A stretch of 52,708 bases of DNA, the filler included, from Catajapyx aquilonaris (taxonomy: Eukaryota): assembly GCA_000934665.2 (NCBI GenBank). It is 3 parts of 3 records of this genome, joined end to end, with 100 filler letters (N's around TTAATTAATTAA, not from the genome) between each part and the next. Parts side by side here need not be neighbours in the genome. Positions count along the whole stretch, not along the records: positions 35,221 to 52,708 come from JYFJ02006941.1; 2 more parts are not named here. One strand, 5' to 3'. The translations under genes and the position numbers were made by a program. Shown piece by piece: positions 36,198 to 47,642 of this stretch (position 1 is its first letter; every line of letters begins with the position of its first letter). The notes under the pieces were generated by a model. That model was not told the origin of the DNA. It made no database searches and saw nothing but the letters and a program-made list of their open reading frames with translations.

Positions 36198-36360
36198 TAC
36201 GGTAATATACTCCTTTGTACGGTGATGACATGTATGGTATACCGTGAAGTCGCTTTTTGTGTACTCAAAATAAAATTAAAAGAAAATAATAAAATAATAT
36301 CCGACGTACGAATAGTAGGCTAGTAATTTTCGCCGCAGTGGAGGGGTGTCACTCCATATA

Positions 36361-36622
36361 AGGCCGCTTCACAAATTCGGCGGATGGCTGAGCGGGCGGA
36401 AAGCGGGCGGAAAGCGTGCTTTTGGGACTCGGAATGTGAGCGCTGGCAATTCACAAATTCGGCGGTGACGCTGCGGGCGGAAACTCTGAGCGGTGGGGAG
36501 CGGTGGGAACCGCTCGAGTCCATCTGGATGGACTCGCGCGGGCGGATAGCAGGCGGTTGGAGGAGGCAAGATGGCGGCGCTTTCCGCCCGCTCAGCTTTC
36601 CGCCGAATTTGTGAAGCGGCCT
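36361..36622. mobile_element. PIF/Harbinger-like MITE
   Basis: TIRs AGGCCGCTTCACAAATTCGGCGGA / TCCGCCGAATTTGTGAAGCGGCCT. Confidence 0.8.
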
Positions 36623-36682
36623 CGATCAGCGGCCGTGTTGGACTCGATGAGGGCTAGTTGCCAAACCTGTATACTGTATATA

Positions 36683-37115
36683 CAGGGTTCGGAAATTTAA
36701 TCTACCGTAGCATTGGGGAATGATAGAGGAGTTCTAGGCGATCACTTCGAGTGTATGCAACATGGGTCTCGACGCATAGTTACCGAGATAATTAGCATTA
36801 AATATGGCATTATCTCAGCTTATAGGTTTCGGATACTGCTTACGACACTTCCATCGCCTAGGACATTCCCTGCTACACCTAAGAGGATCGTAAATTAAAA
36901 TTAAATAACATGGTAACACCTCAAATTTAAATGAAAAAGGCAAGGTCGCGTGGAGGGACGCATACGTGCCAGGATATTTTATACATTGTGCTTGAAGAAC
37001 ATTATCTCGGTAACTATGCGTCGGAGACACAATTATGTTGCATATACTGAAAGTGATAGCCTAGAACCCGTATATCATTTCCCAAAGCGACGGTAGATTA
37101 AATTTACGAATCCGG
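36683..37115. mobile_element. Tc1/mariner-type MITE
   Basis: TA|CAGGGTTCGGAAATTTAATCTACCG...CGGTAGATTAAATTTACGAATCCGG|TA with ~110 bp arms. Confidence 0.88.
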
Positions 37116-37653
37116 TATACACACACTACTCGACCATGCATCACGGAGTCTCATCAACGGGTCGCATCGTACTGTACACACATAAATCGCGGTACAAATA
37201 TTCGCTGCTGACAGACGTGAATGCCTTTAGTGAGAAGCAAATTCGCTGAAAGCTTAAATTCGCTCGTTTTTTTAATGCCTAGTCGCGTAAATGTGAACGC
37301 ACCGTAAAGCTATGGTGTGACATAATTATTAAAGCTTTAAAAAGCCATTTTGTGGGGTGTGCCCACCCTCCCCACGAGTCTGCAAGGACATAAATAATGT
37401 CAAGAAATAATTCTAATTAAATTTAGAAATATAAATGCACATATGGTCCCTGCCCATCATACAGGTGTTACAGACCATCCTGAATATACAGATGAGTGAT
37501 CAAGGGCACCCAGTAGCAGGGTGGCTTTGAGGTCACCATAGTTGTGTTTCATTAGAAAAAAAAATGCCAACGTAATTATTATCATGAGGTTTTCAAGTAC
37601 TGGCACATGCTTTCAAATTATTGCATGCAGAGCCTCCTAGAGTGTCTCACCAA

Positions 37654-38406
37654 TCTATGTTATTAATACCCGACTGTCCCGCACCTTAGGGCCTACAGCA
37701 TTGGGAGTGGTCTCTAAATTTTGCCCGTGTTTTCTATTTTTGCAAACGACTTTTGTTTTTTGCAAACGGTCACGAGGGATTTTGTAATACTCAAAACGGG
37801 CAAAAAAAAAAAAAAAAAAACGCGTCGAGGCCAGGTCCACGGAGTTCCCGTATCTGCCGTTACGGGCTGGGTGGCAACTCGCTTACTTCTGCACTTCCCC
37901 CCGTCGGATGTCGCTTCGATGCTGCTGCCTTTCCCTCCCTCCCTCCCTCCCTCCTTTTCTCCACTTTCGCACTTTTGCCAAATTGTTTGCCAAATTTTGG
38001 CAAGTTGGTGCCTAGTCAATATTATTAATATCCGACTGTCATGGACACACTTCCCGCACCGTAGACCCTACAGCATTGGGAGTGATGTCAAAATTTTGCC
38101 CGCGTTTTCTGCATTAATTTGCAAACCACTTTTCAGTTTTTGAAACAGTGCCGAGTGACTTTGTCAAACGCAAAAACAACAACAACAACACGGAATTCTG
38201 ACGACGGCAGTTCCACGGAATTCCCAATTCCACCGTTTAGGGCGCCACCTGCTTGGTGCCGACTCGCTTACTTCTGCACTTTACCGCCGGATGTCGTTTC
38301 GATGCTGCTTATGCCCGAAGAAAAGTACTATGTGGTACATCGGCCGGCCGGCTATCTCAGTAAATTATTTAATTGTCACTGCCAATTTTGGCAACAAGGT
38401 CAATAG
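37654..38406 (+). mobile_element. Head-to-tail dimer of non-autonomous Helitrons (37654-38015 and 38016-38406)
   Basis: A|TCTATGTTATTAATA...TTGCCAAATTTTGGCAA-8nt-CTAG|TCAATATTATTAATA...TGCCAATTTTGGCA...ATAG|T. The two units align throughout. Confidence 0.88.
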
Positions 38407-38700
38407 TATTATCATATTGTGGTTTTTAATAAACCAGTGAAACAAATGCTATAACTTTGCAACANNNNNNCCCCCCCCCCCCCCCAATTGAACATAGTAT
38501 GATATGCCACTCATAGCACACATTCTCCCTCTCTGCACACTACTGCCACTCTCAGGGTCATGTGGGGAAAGTGCTACTACATGCACCAAGCAGGTGACTC
38601 ACCAGGACCAAATAGAGTATCGGACTCATGCCAATTCTATATTATGATGATCCCCATGATTGAGCATCTCAATAGTAATTTTTATGTTGGGAGTAATATA

Positions 38701-38876
38701 CAAGGTGACTCTAAAGTCAGGATACATGGGTTATTGGATTGTATTGTTGGCTGCCAGTTGTGCCAACTCCAAGTGCCAACTCAACTTTTACTGACTATCT
38801 AGTCTGATAGTTGGGACAACTGGAAACCAACAGTACAATCAAATTACCTATGTATCCTGACTTTAGAGTAACTCGG
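38701..38876. mobile_element. Tc1/mariner-type palindromic MITE
   Basis: TA|CAAGGTGACTCTAAAGTCAGGATACAT...ATGTATCCTGACTTTAGAGTAACTCGG|TA. Confidence 0.85.
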
Positions 38877-39294
38877 TAGGCTATATAATCATCATTGCAC
38901 AACACAGTTGCCAATTAATAATATTAATTAATTTATAAGCAAATGACTGGGGGGAAAAACAATGTAACCCAAATGTAATCCAGGATTATTTTGTGTGGGC
39001 GTTTTGTTTCTATATAGTCTACAATCTTTACCTGGTCTATGTCAGTTTAAGATCAAAGACAAGTAGCCCTTATCTAGTCTCGGTATTTTTTATTTCATAT
39101 CCATCATCAGCTGCATTTCTGTGAATTTAGACCAGGGGTGCTAAACATTTTGGATAGTGGTATTGTGAAGTGCGATGATCACCCACCCACCACTTTACCT
39201 ACCTGAGCCTTTTCTGTTTGTTTTTTCTTCTTCTTGTATTTCTGCCCTTCTTCCATCTCTCTTATTCCACCCACCTCCACCCACCCCTTCGTAG

Positions 39295-39382
39295 GTATTG
39301 CTGCTGCAGCAAAAAAGGGATAGGATTGGCGCCCCTAATTTAGACATGAACCTTTGCAGATTCACTAGCAACATGGACCCTG
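39295..39382 (+). CDS. enc: Candidate upstream exon of the encore/R3HDM-family gene
   Basis: Long pyrimidine tract plus TAG acceptor, open frame VLLLQQKRDRIGAPNLDMNLCRFTSNMDP, and a GTAATA donor in phase 1 matching the next exon. No recognised homology. Confidence 0.5.
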
Positions 39383-39712
39383 GTAATAGTCCAAGGTCTT
39401 ATTTTCGCATGTCAAGACAAGAATGGTTATATCTGTAGCCCAGTTCCTTCTAGGCTGAAGTTAGGTCATTAGACAGCAAGGTAGGCCTACCACACGCGAC
39501 ATTTGTGTGATGATAACTCTTGATTACAGAGAGATCATACTCCTTTCAAAGGCATTGACACTCCATCTGTGCCATCTGGCTTGTTCACAATGTTGGTAGT
39601 TTCATTAAGTTGTGCCTATTGATTGTGTGTGCATAAGGAGGCATACTTGCTTGAACTGTTGTTTTATCCTCACATTGCTCATATGCCAAATGCTTACCTC
39701 GTTTCCTTTCAG

Positions 39713-39857
39713 AATCAAGCACTGAGCAGCCGTACACAGACAGCAAAGGAATTGACTTACAGCAGTTTTTACTGGGAACAATACACAGAAATCAAAAAGA
39801 TAGACTGGTCATATTGAAAGTTGAGGCCGAGCTTATAGCATTTGTCAAGGACAATGC
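39713..39857 (+). CDS. enc: encore/R3HDM1-2/ARPP21-family exon (start of the R3H region)
   Basis: AG/GT bounded. ESSTEQPYTDSKGIDLQQFLLGTIHRNQKDRLVILKVEAELIAFVKDNA matches the family's YTDSxGIDL...DR..LLK.E motif. Confidence 0.93.
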
Positions 39858-39953
39858 GTGAGTACCAAATAATACAGTACACAGGTCTACAGTAGTTGCA
39901 TTGTTGTGGGGTTCCAAATGGGCCGAACTATCTAACCAAATTAATGCTTACAG

Positions 39954-40209
39954 AAAATTACACCACAAATTCCCTGCAATGTCATCGTATCAGCGGATGC
40001 TTGTACACAGGCTAGCAGCATACTTTGGCCTGGACCACAACATTGATACCACTGGGAATGCTGTTGTTGTTGGAAAGACCAAAAATACTCGCCTTCCAAC
40101 TTTTCTATTTCGTGATCATGCGAGAAGCGACGAACTATTTCCAGAGGAACCAAAGAAGTCAATTCTAAAGCGGGATTCATCTTCATTTGAAGAAGGCTCA
40201 AATTTTAAG
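39954..40209 (+). CDS. enc: encore/R3HDM-family exon: R3H domain core
   Basis: KFPAMSSYQRMLVHRLAAYFGLDHNID...KTKNTRLP...KSILKRD contains the R-x3-H motif. Splice phases are consistent. Confidence 0.96.
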
Positions 40210-40735
40210 GTATTGGTAGTCATATTCATCATCCCTGCACTACTTATGAGTACTGACTTGTAAGTCATAATTCAGATCAAACAACTGATTCAAAATCTAA
40301 CAATGGGTAGGCCTACTCTAAACTCGGATTCATATGATGTGTTGCAACAGCAAATTCAGGCCCCTACAAACTAAATGTGGATGTGAGATACCCAGGATTG
40401 CTGACAACAAATTGCTGACATAAATCAATCCTATTTGTGTACTTGCCCATATCAGTACCTCTTAATTATATCATACTGCTAGCTACTTGACTGTAATTAG
40501 AACTTAAATTGAACTTTGCAGAATTACATTTTTCCCTGGGGGTTGGCCAATCAGGTGAATCTTATGTGTAGAAGGTGAAATAACCCAGAATTGTTATTAG
40601 TAATCAACTGAAGGTTTAGGTTCGGAGTTGGTGGAGTGTAGAAACATTGTACCGGGGGGGGNGGGTGTCAAAAAAATGGGCAGTCATAAATAATATGATA
40701 TAGATCGAATGGGGTATGCAGGTTACAGAGCTATA

Positions 40736-41691
40736 CAGGGTGTATCAGAGTCACGGGTCAAGCGCACGCGAAGGGGTGGGGAAAAATCGTAGGTGGCGAT
40801 AACCCCAGTTGGCTTTACAAAACAATTAGAAATATGACAGTACTCAATTTATTTATTACGGCCGTACGGCGTGACGTCACGTCCTTTCCGTTCGAATTGG
40901 AGGCATGGAAAGGCGAGTACCTGTGAAGTTGGTATGTGTACTGTCAGTAAGCACGCCATGACTACAGCAAATCCTGGAACTGGCGCCCATTCGCTCGGAT
41001 GCTGTCATGGATGATCCTTCGCACATTGGAATAAATGCTGTGCACTCGACGCCCGACTTCACGGGTGCTGATCTATGGCTATGGGTAGCTAGCATGTCCA
41101 GAATGTCTTCCTCCATTGCCATGGTACGTGCGGTCCGAGGTGCACCTGTCATGATGTGCGATACAGTACTGTTACAGAACTGTACACTACTGTACACTAC
41201 TGTACACAGGCAATATCCACCCAGTGCAATGCTGTACTACAGTACCGGTACAGGTGTACAACACACTGTACTACTGTACGTACCTGACATATCTCGCCTG
41301 TCTCACAATGTACCGGCCGGTACCGGCCTCACGCAGCAGTCTGTCCACCGCAAGAAACATTTTTCGCAATTTTTCCATGAGGATGACGTCTACGCGGTAT
41401 GCGTGCTGTCATTCCTGCCTGTACAGAGACATCAGTGCTCGACATCCTCCGCCATTTCTAGGTGCACCGTTGAATGGGCAGGTTGCGAAGAGGGGTTGCC
41501 GAGGTCCAAGCCCGGCTCTATGCTTTGCTTGGGAAGGCGGGAGAGCATGAGAGCGCCTTGTTCAGTGCAACAGCCATATTCAATTACTCCCTTATTTCTA
41601 ATTGTTTTATAAAACTGACCAGGGTTATTGCCACCTACGATTTTTCCTCACCCCCTCATGCGCTCTTGACCTGTGACTCTGATACACCCTG
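40736..41691 (-). mobile_element. Internally deleted Tc1/mariner element
   Basis: TA|CAGGGTGTATCAGAGTCAC...GTGACTCTGATACACCCTG|TA with ~100 bp TIRs. Minus-strand GAPRTARTMAMEEDIL resembles the GRPR linker of Tc1/mariner transposases. Confidence 0.88.
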
Positions 41692-41717
41692 TATAAGAAG
41701 GCCCGGTTCTAATATAA

Positions 41718-42250
41718 TTATATGGCTGCATTTTTTATGTTAATAATTAGCCGGATAATGGAAAGGGGTAGGTTTGCAGACAAATAGTTTGTATTATTTT
41801 CTCTGTTGCAGTACGTGACCTTATATTCCAGATATCTGGTTGTCTGTTGAAGTTTATTTAGGTTGTCAGAGAAGAGTTGTTCGGTTAACCCTCCGTAACA
41901 ACTGAGTGGGTCAAGTGCATCAAAGGATCCGAGAGTGATATCGATAATATTCAGCTGTTTTTGCACATGATCCAGCCATGATATTCTTTTATTTTTCTGC
42001 TCCAAAATCACTATATTTCTACACAAGGCAAGCGTTAGTAGCGACTGATCTGGGGCACTCTTTATGTTTCTAATATAACCAACAAGTAATTTCGTCAGGT
42101 TGACTTGCAAAAGTTCTACATTGATTTCAAGGCTGAGAAAATAGCCTGTGGTTGTCCTGGGAAAATCCCATATAAATTACAGGATATCTCGGGTGAATCT
42201 TGTATGTTTTTGTTGGAATGGCTGGCTCCTCAATATTCTCTTTCCGTAGA
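41718..42250 (-). mobile_element. Decayed non-LTR retrotransposon (LINE) ORF2 C-terminal fragment
   Basis: RFTRDIL*..FPRTTTGYFLSLEINVELLQV...SWLDHVQKQL...RYLEYK...NYLSANLPLSIIRLI resembles the post-RT region of L2/CR1-group LINEs. Confidence 0.6.
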
Positions 42251-42304
42251 AATTTTACATCAATCTTTGACCTCCTGTCATAATAATAATGTGCTTTCAT
42301 AATA

Positions 42305-42579
42305 GGGCGGCACGGTGGTGTAGTGGTTAGCGCCAAAGCCTTCCACCTCTAGGTCCCGAGTTCGATCCGAGGATCGGACAGAGGATGCTTATGTGGATCG
42401 AGTTTCAATGGGTTCTCTTCGTGTTCCCATGGGTTTTCTTGGGGTTCTCCAGTTTCTTGCCACTATCAAAATCCATCACAGCAAAGGCAATGATTAAAGT
42501 TGGTCAATTAAAAAGATTATCCCCTAAAAAACCCAATGAGGCTTATCACGGGGTATCCATTATCATTATCATTATAATT
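42305..42579 (+). mobile_element. tRNA-derived SINE, family C, with V-domain-like core
   Basis: Head GGGCGGCACGGTGGTGTAGTGGTTAGC...GAGTTCGATCC, core GGGTTTTCTTGGGGTTCTCCAGTTTC, (ATTATC)n tail and TSD ATAATGTGCTTTC. Confidence 0.9.
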
Positions 42580-43092
42580 ATAATGTGCTTTCGCACCCTT
42601 GAAAATTCACACATGCCATTCACATTCTGCCCACTTTTCATGCTCATTATTATCACAAGAAAGAGTAAAGGAACAAGGTACAAATCAGCATAACTGCAGA
42701 TGCTATGATTTTTTCCTAGCTCTATTTTATCGAAAACCTCTCATGTGTTTGAGGGGGGGGGGGGGGGNGGGGGGATTTCAATATGATACAGTGAAACTTG
42801 TCTATAGTGGACTTGTCCCATTCTGGAAAAATTTTCAGTGCCAAACAGTTACTTTGTAAGTGACAGAAATACACAAAAAGGTCTGTCCCATGACTTAAAA
42901 ATCATTTGATTCTTTAATGGACCAGTTTCTGCTGTGTCCAGGCTCCATTTTAAACAGGTTTCATTGTGATTAAAGACTTAAGACTTGTAAGGGAGCCCGT
43001 GTTGGATATGCTCTGAAATTATTGATTGAAATACTTCCAATTCCCAGTTTATTGATCCACATAAATTCTGACATTGTCGCTTTTGCCCCCAG

Positions 43093-43194
43093 TCTCCCGA
43101 ACGGCAGCTGAGTTCTGAATCTCGTCGTAGCAAGAGTTTTGAGGAGAGGGAAGAAGAGTATGAGCGAGCAAGGAAACGAATTTTTAACCAAGAT
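43093..43194 (+). CDS. enc: encore/R3HDM-family exon: SUZ domain
   Basis: SPERQLSSESRRSKSFEEREEEYERARKRIFNQD, CAG/GTGAGT bounded, phase 0/0. Absent from the ORF track. Confidence 0.96.
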
Positions 43195-43487
43195 GTGAGT
43201 CATTGAAGAGTTTGTCATTTATTTCTTTATTATTTCGAAAATTTTATATACAGTATAATTGACTTCTTAGAGTAGGTCAGAGAACTGTGCCCTTTGTGTA
43301 TATCCTTGTGGATGACAGTGTTATCTAAGGTGACAGATTGAAAAGCATTGTGAAAAAATATCTAACATTAACTGTTTTTAAGTTGTATCAAGGTAGTCTC
43401 ACACCACTTCACCCGAAGCATTTTCGTCTTCCACGGATATTTCACCCAAAGACATTTCCTTGGCCCCCGCAACTTCTTCTCTTTTTG

Positions 43488-43650
43488 CGTGCGCTTAACT
43501 AGTCCCCTATCCCCCGATGTGGAGCACTGTACAAAATCGCATTCAGGCAGACGACTTCTGCACCGTTCAGAACGATTCAGAAGTCGTCCGCCCGAATGTG
43601 ATTTGGTACAGTACTCCACATCCTGGGATAGGGGACTCGTTAAGTGCACG
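43488..43650. repeat. 163-bp intronic palindrome (MITE-like)
   Basis: CGTGCGCTTAACTAGTCCCCTATCCC...GGGATAGGGGACTCGTTAAGTGCACG, paired almost to the centre. Confidence 0.9.
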
Positions 43651-44050
43651 GCCTTCCCCATATGGCTAGAAGATAGGGGGTTGGGGGGGGGGGGGAGGGC
43701 TGAATTTCCGCATGCAGAATGGTAAGGGAAGCTATGGTTGAAGGTGTAGGAGTGCAGTTTGGTGATGAGTTAGTCACTTGCTGTGTGCGGATGATTCTGC
43801 CCTTGTGGCGGAGAGTGAGCCTGATTTACAGTTGGTCCTATGTTTGTGAGAAGAGGGGTATGATGATAACGTAGAGGGGACTTGATTTCGCAAAGTACCG
43901 TACCGCGTTGCATAGTGTAACATTTAAATTTAATATTGGGCTTACTGTATCATGCAGTTCTACACAATTTGTGCAGTTCTAAAAGCCAAGAGTGCAGTTT
44001 TAAATAAGGATGATTTGTGCAGTCAGATAATAGCAGACAAGCCTGTTATA

Positions 44051-45397
44051 CAGGGTGCGCCAGAAGTAGTCTAACAGGTTTGAGAATTTTTTTACGTCTT
44101 CGTAACTGCAATTCAGGTAAAATCTTAACATAATAGTATGAGGCGATGTCGATAGTGCCTGAGGATTCCAATAGCGACGATGTCATCGCCACCTGAAAGA
44201 TGGCGGGGCCCTTGTCTCTGGAGGACCGCATTCAGTGCATTCGCCTGTATTCAGTTCACCAAAATGCAGCGGAAGTGCAGAGGCGCTGGCCTCAGAGGTC
44301 ACCCCCAGCTCGTGCCACTATTCTGGATGTCAATTGTTGGTTTGACAGTACCGGCAGTGTTGCTGATTTGCCCCGAAGTGGTCGGCCACGATCAGTCGTG
44401 ACGGAGGAGAACACGGCGGCTGTGGCGTCTGCATTTACCAGCAGTCCAGGCAAGTCCACTCGACGCGCTTCGGCAGAGCTAGGCATCAAGGAAACATCCG
44501 TACGACGTATCCTGCGCGATCTGGGACTGAAACCATTCAGGCCCACCTTGGTTCATGGCCTGCTTGAAGATGATTACGATCGCCATGTTGAGTTCTGCCA
44601 GAAGTGGCTACAGAAGCTGGAAGATAACCCAGAGTTGCAGGACCTGATTTTGTGGAGCGACGAGTGCAGTTTCCGGCTCAATGGACACGTTAATCGACAC
44701 AATTGTGTTTATTGGAGCACCGAAAATCCGCACCGTCTGCTGGAAGTTCCAATGAAATCTCCTGGTGTCATGGTATGGGGAGGAATGTGGTCTGGAGGCA
44801 TTTTGGGGCCCTTCTTCTTCCCAGAGGACAAAGTCACCGGGGAAATGTACCTGGCCATGTTGGGCAACGAGATGCTGCCAGACCTGACTGTTTCAACGGA
44901 TGTTGAGAAGATGTGGTTCATGCAAGACGGTGCACCTGCCCACTACGCCACCATCGTCAGGGATTTCTTGGACGACACTTTCCCGGGGCGTTGGCTTGGC
45001 CGGCGTGGCGCGGTGGACTGGCCACCACGATCCTGCGATCTGTCGCCTCCAGATTTTTTTGTGGGGTGTATTGAAAGAGAAAGTATACGCCCAGTAGCCC
45101 AAAACTCTTCCACAATTACGAGAGAAGATCCGGGAGAGCTTTGCAACAATTTTCCTGGACTTGTGTGCCAAAGTGTGCAGGTCTGTCCAGGGTCGACTCC
45201 GTGAGTGCCTCGGCAGTGATGGCAGACAAGTTCTGTGACCTCCTGTACACCCAGACATCACAGCATCATATATGAAAAATACCTGGATGCATTATCAGAG
45301 TATGTGCTATTGTGTGGTTCATTCAGTTTCAAATTAATAAATCACTGTACCAATAAAAAAATTCACAAACATGTTAGACTACTTCTGGCGCACCCTG
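44051..45397 (+). mobile_element. Full-length Tc1/mariner transposon, DD41D (rosa/Visitor) family
   Basis: Perfect 26-bp TIRs CAGGGTGCGCCAGAAGTAGTCTAACA, TA TSDs and an internal transposase. Confidence 0.97.
44200..45238 (+). pseudogene. DD41D transposase, disrupted near the C-terminus
   Basis: GRPR, WSDE, QDGAPAH and WPPRSCDLSPPD motifs with 41 residues between D2 and D3. Frameshift in the T7 run at 45054-45060 (true frame LWGVLKEKVYAQ) and an in-frame TAG at 45095-45097. Confidence 0.93.
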
Positions 45398-45667
45398 TAT
45401 ACAGATTCAACTGCGTTTGGACATTGGCACTGCTGGAAATATGAAGGGATCAATTTTTCAACTTGCTTATATCCGATGTGCTTACAGTATAGGAGGATTC
45501 CACTGTACTTTGGCAGTTATTACATTCACCTAAGATTGTGTGACCTTGAACACAAAAATAATTCCGCCTGCGGTGGGAATATTCGGTTTGGGGAGGGGGC
45601 TCGAAATCTGGACTTACTCTCTAGGGGCCCCCGATGTGGCAAAGTTTGAGAACCGCTGGTCTAAAGC

Positions 45668-46104
45668 CAGCTGTTCTTAACCTGGGGTGCGAGGTGGCTC
45701 CACTGAGGGTGCGAGAAGGGGTGCCAAATGTACCATAATGGTACACAAAAAATACCGTAATTTCATACAGCCCAATGTTACTCTGTAATTCGACTTCCAT
45801 GAAGAAAGTGCTACCAATTTCGTCAAATACACACCCCGACACACCTATTCAAATCTCCCAGTCAGTTACATTCACCTTAGCTCGTGTGACCTTGAACCCA
45901 AAATTTTTTCTTGTTCTACTCTCATTGAAGGATATTTCATTTAAATTAACTCTCATTTAAATTAAATACGCGATTTTGGAACTGTCTGTGAGCAAGGTGT
46001 ACCTCTATCTTCGAACGTCATCTATCGCCGCTGGTATGGGGGGTGTGACGAGGACCAACTGTCTTCAAAGGGGTGCGGAGGCCTGAAAAGGTTAAGAACC
46101 ACCG
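45668..46104. mobile_element. hAT (Charlie-like) MITE, with other hAT ends adjacent at ~45658 and ~46223
   Basis: CAGCTGTTCTTAACCT...AGGTTAAGAACCACCG with imperfect TSD (GTCTAAAG / GCCTAAAC). Confidence 0.65.
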
Positions 46105-46592
46105 GCCTAAACCGTGTCCACCGGGGTCCCCCCCCCCTCCCCCCGGCGTGCGCTGCCCTGATGTTCCGGGGGCAGCAATTTCAGGACTGGCCTAGGGTGG
46201 CAAAGAAGGCTAATCTGCCACTGATCATGCACTCCCACCATGTATTCAATTATCAGCCAGGACATGTGTGTCATAGGGCTAATGCAAACAAGGAAATTTG
46301 GGAGCAACTTATTGCCTGCCCACCCACCCAGGACGGCACAGCGCATGCTCTCTCCTGGCACAACCACCGTGTGCAGATTTCTTGCATACAAGAAATTTGG
46401 GCGTGCTGGCCTTGGCTTGGCTGGGCCGCGACACTTGTACCCTCTAGGTGGCAACATGAATACTTGGATTATGCTTGCATGTTGCCTGCCTCCCACATTT
46501 CCTCATTTGCACCTGGCCATAGGATCACCCTCACAACTCTGAATAGTCTTGCCCAGTGGGCAACTTGCCTGTTCACGATTGTTTGGGTGTTC

Positions 46593-46633
<41 letters not shown>
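46593..46633. repeat. (AGT)n microsatellite
   Basis: Directly visible. Confidence 0.97.
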
Positions 46634-46635
<2 letters not shown>

Positions 46636-46690
46636 ATGATAATGATAATGTGCTGGAGGGACTGAGAACATTATTAATCTACCTTGACAG

Positions 46691-46881
46691 TCCTCCTCAT
46701 CTCAGGAAGGTGTAGTGGACTCACCTCATCGAAGTCAGGAGTCAACTCACAATTCTTCACGTCGCAGCAGCCAGGAAGAGCTACGGTGGTCTGGGGATAT
46801 TCGCCTCTGGAGCAGCTCAGAGTCAGAATGGTCTAGTAGGGCGAAACTACCTGCAGGGAAGTCACTGGATACGGAGTTGCG
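46691..46881 (+). CDS. enc: encore/R3HDM-family exon
   Basis: SSSSQEGVVDSPHRSQ...DIRLWSSSESEWSSR...TELR, similar to the family's R-x-WSS motif. Phase 0 in and phase 2 out matches both neighbours. Confidence 0.85.
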
Positions 46882-47642
46882 GTAAACATGCCATCCAATT
46901 TCCTGCAGGGACTGATATTGTCAACTCAGTTATTCATAATGTAATAGAATCACTTCCAGGATCGGTTTTTATCTCCGACCATATATCATATTAAAATTCT
47001 TGTGGTGTGTGTATATAAGCCCCCTGATTGGTCCGCCCCCATATTATTGTTACCGCCACGTTCCGATTGGCCCCCATTCTGATCATGCACAATGGGTGGA
47101 AGAACGCCACAGTCACTTGCTGGACGTCAACAAGGACACATCTCCTCTCCCATGTAGACCCCTCCACCCTCCACCCTCCACCCACGTCTTCATGGTGATC
47201 TCACAACAGGGGAGGGGAAGAGGAGGGGGAAATGGAACTTTGTAAACTATCGTAAAGAAACCAAACATAGGCTAGGTCAGGATGTTTGTCAGTGGTGCTC
47301 CATGGACGTTTAATAAAGAAAGTAAATTAATGTAAGTTTTTCTAATGAGGTCCTTACTGGAACCTCCAGTTGGTAAGAGTTGGTAAGCAGGATTGGGCGC
47401 GATATTCAACGCTGAACCTGGGGATAGGTCGAGAACATCAAAAGAAAGTGTCGGGCAGAATGAAACCTGTTTTTGATCATCTCATACCAACACTGCCGAG
47501 TTCCATGGCTGTGTATAATAAAGGGGAGTTATGAGCAGTTAGAAAAACGTGATCGGAAAGTGTGCATATAATTATTGAGATACATGTGCGAGTGCATGTG
47601 AGGAGAGGCGGTAGAGATTGTGAATTTCTGTTCATACCATAA

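Noticed and set aside
39901..40263. ORF-track boundaries of the R3H ORF
   Set aside because: The ends are intronic read-through. The exon is 39954-40209.
41007..41612. 201-aa plus-strand ORF
   Set aside because: It lies inside a non-autonomous mariner, antisense to its transposase remnant, with no recognisable domain.
46161..46715. 184-aa ORF
   Set aside because: It crosses a hAT end and an (AGT)n microsatellite and overlaps a real exon out of frame.
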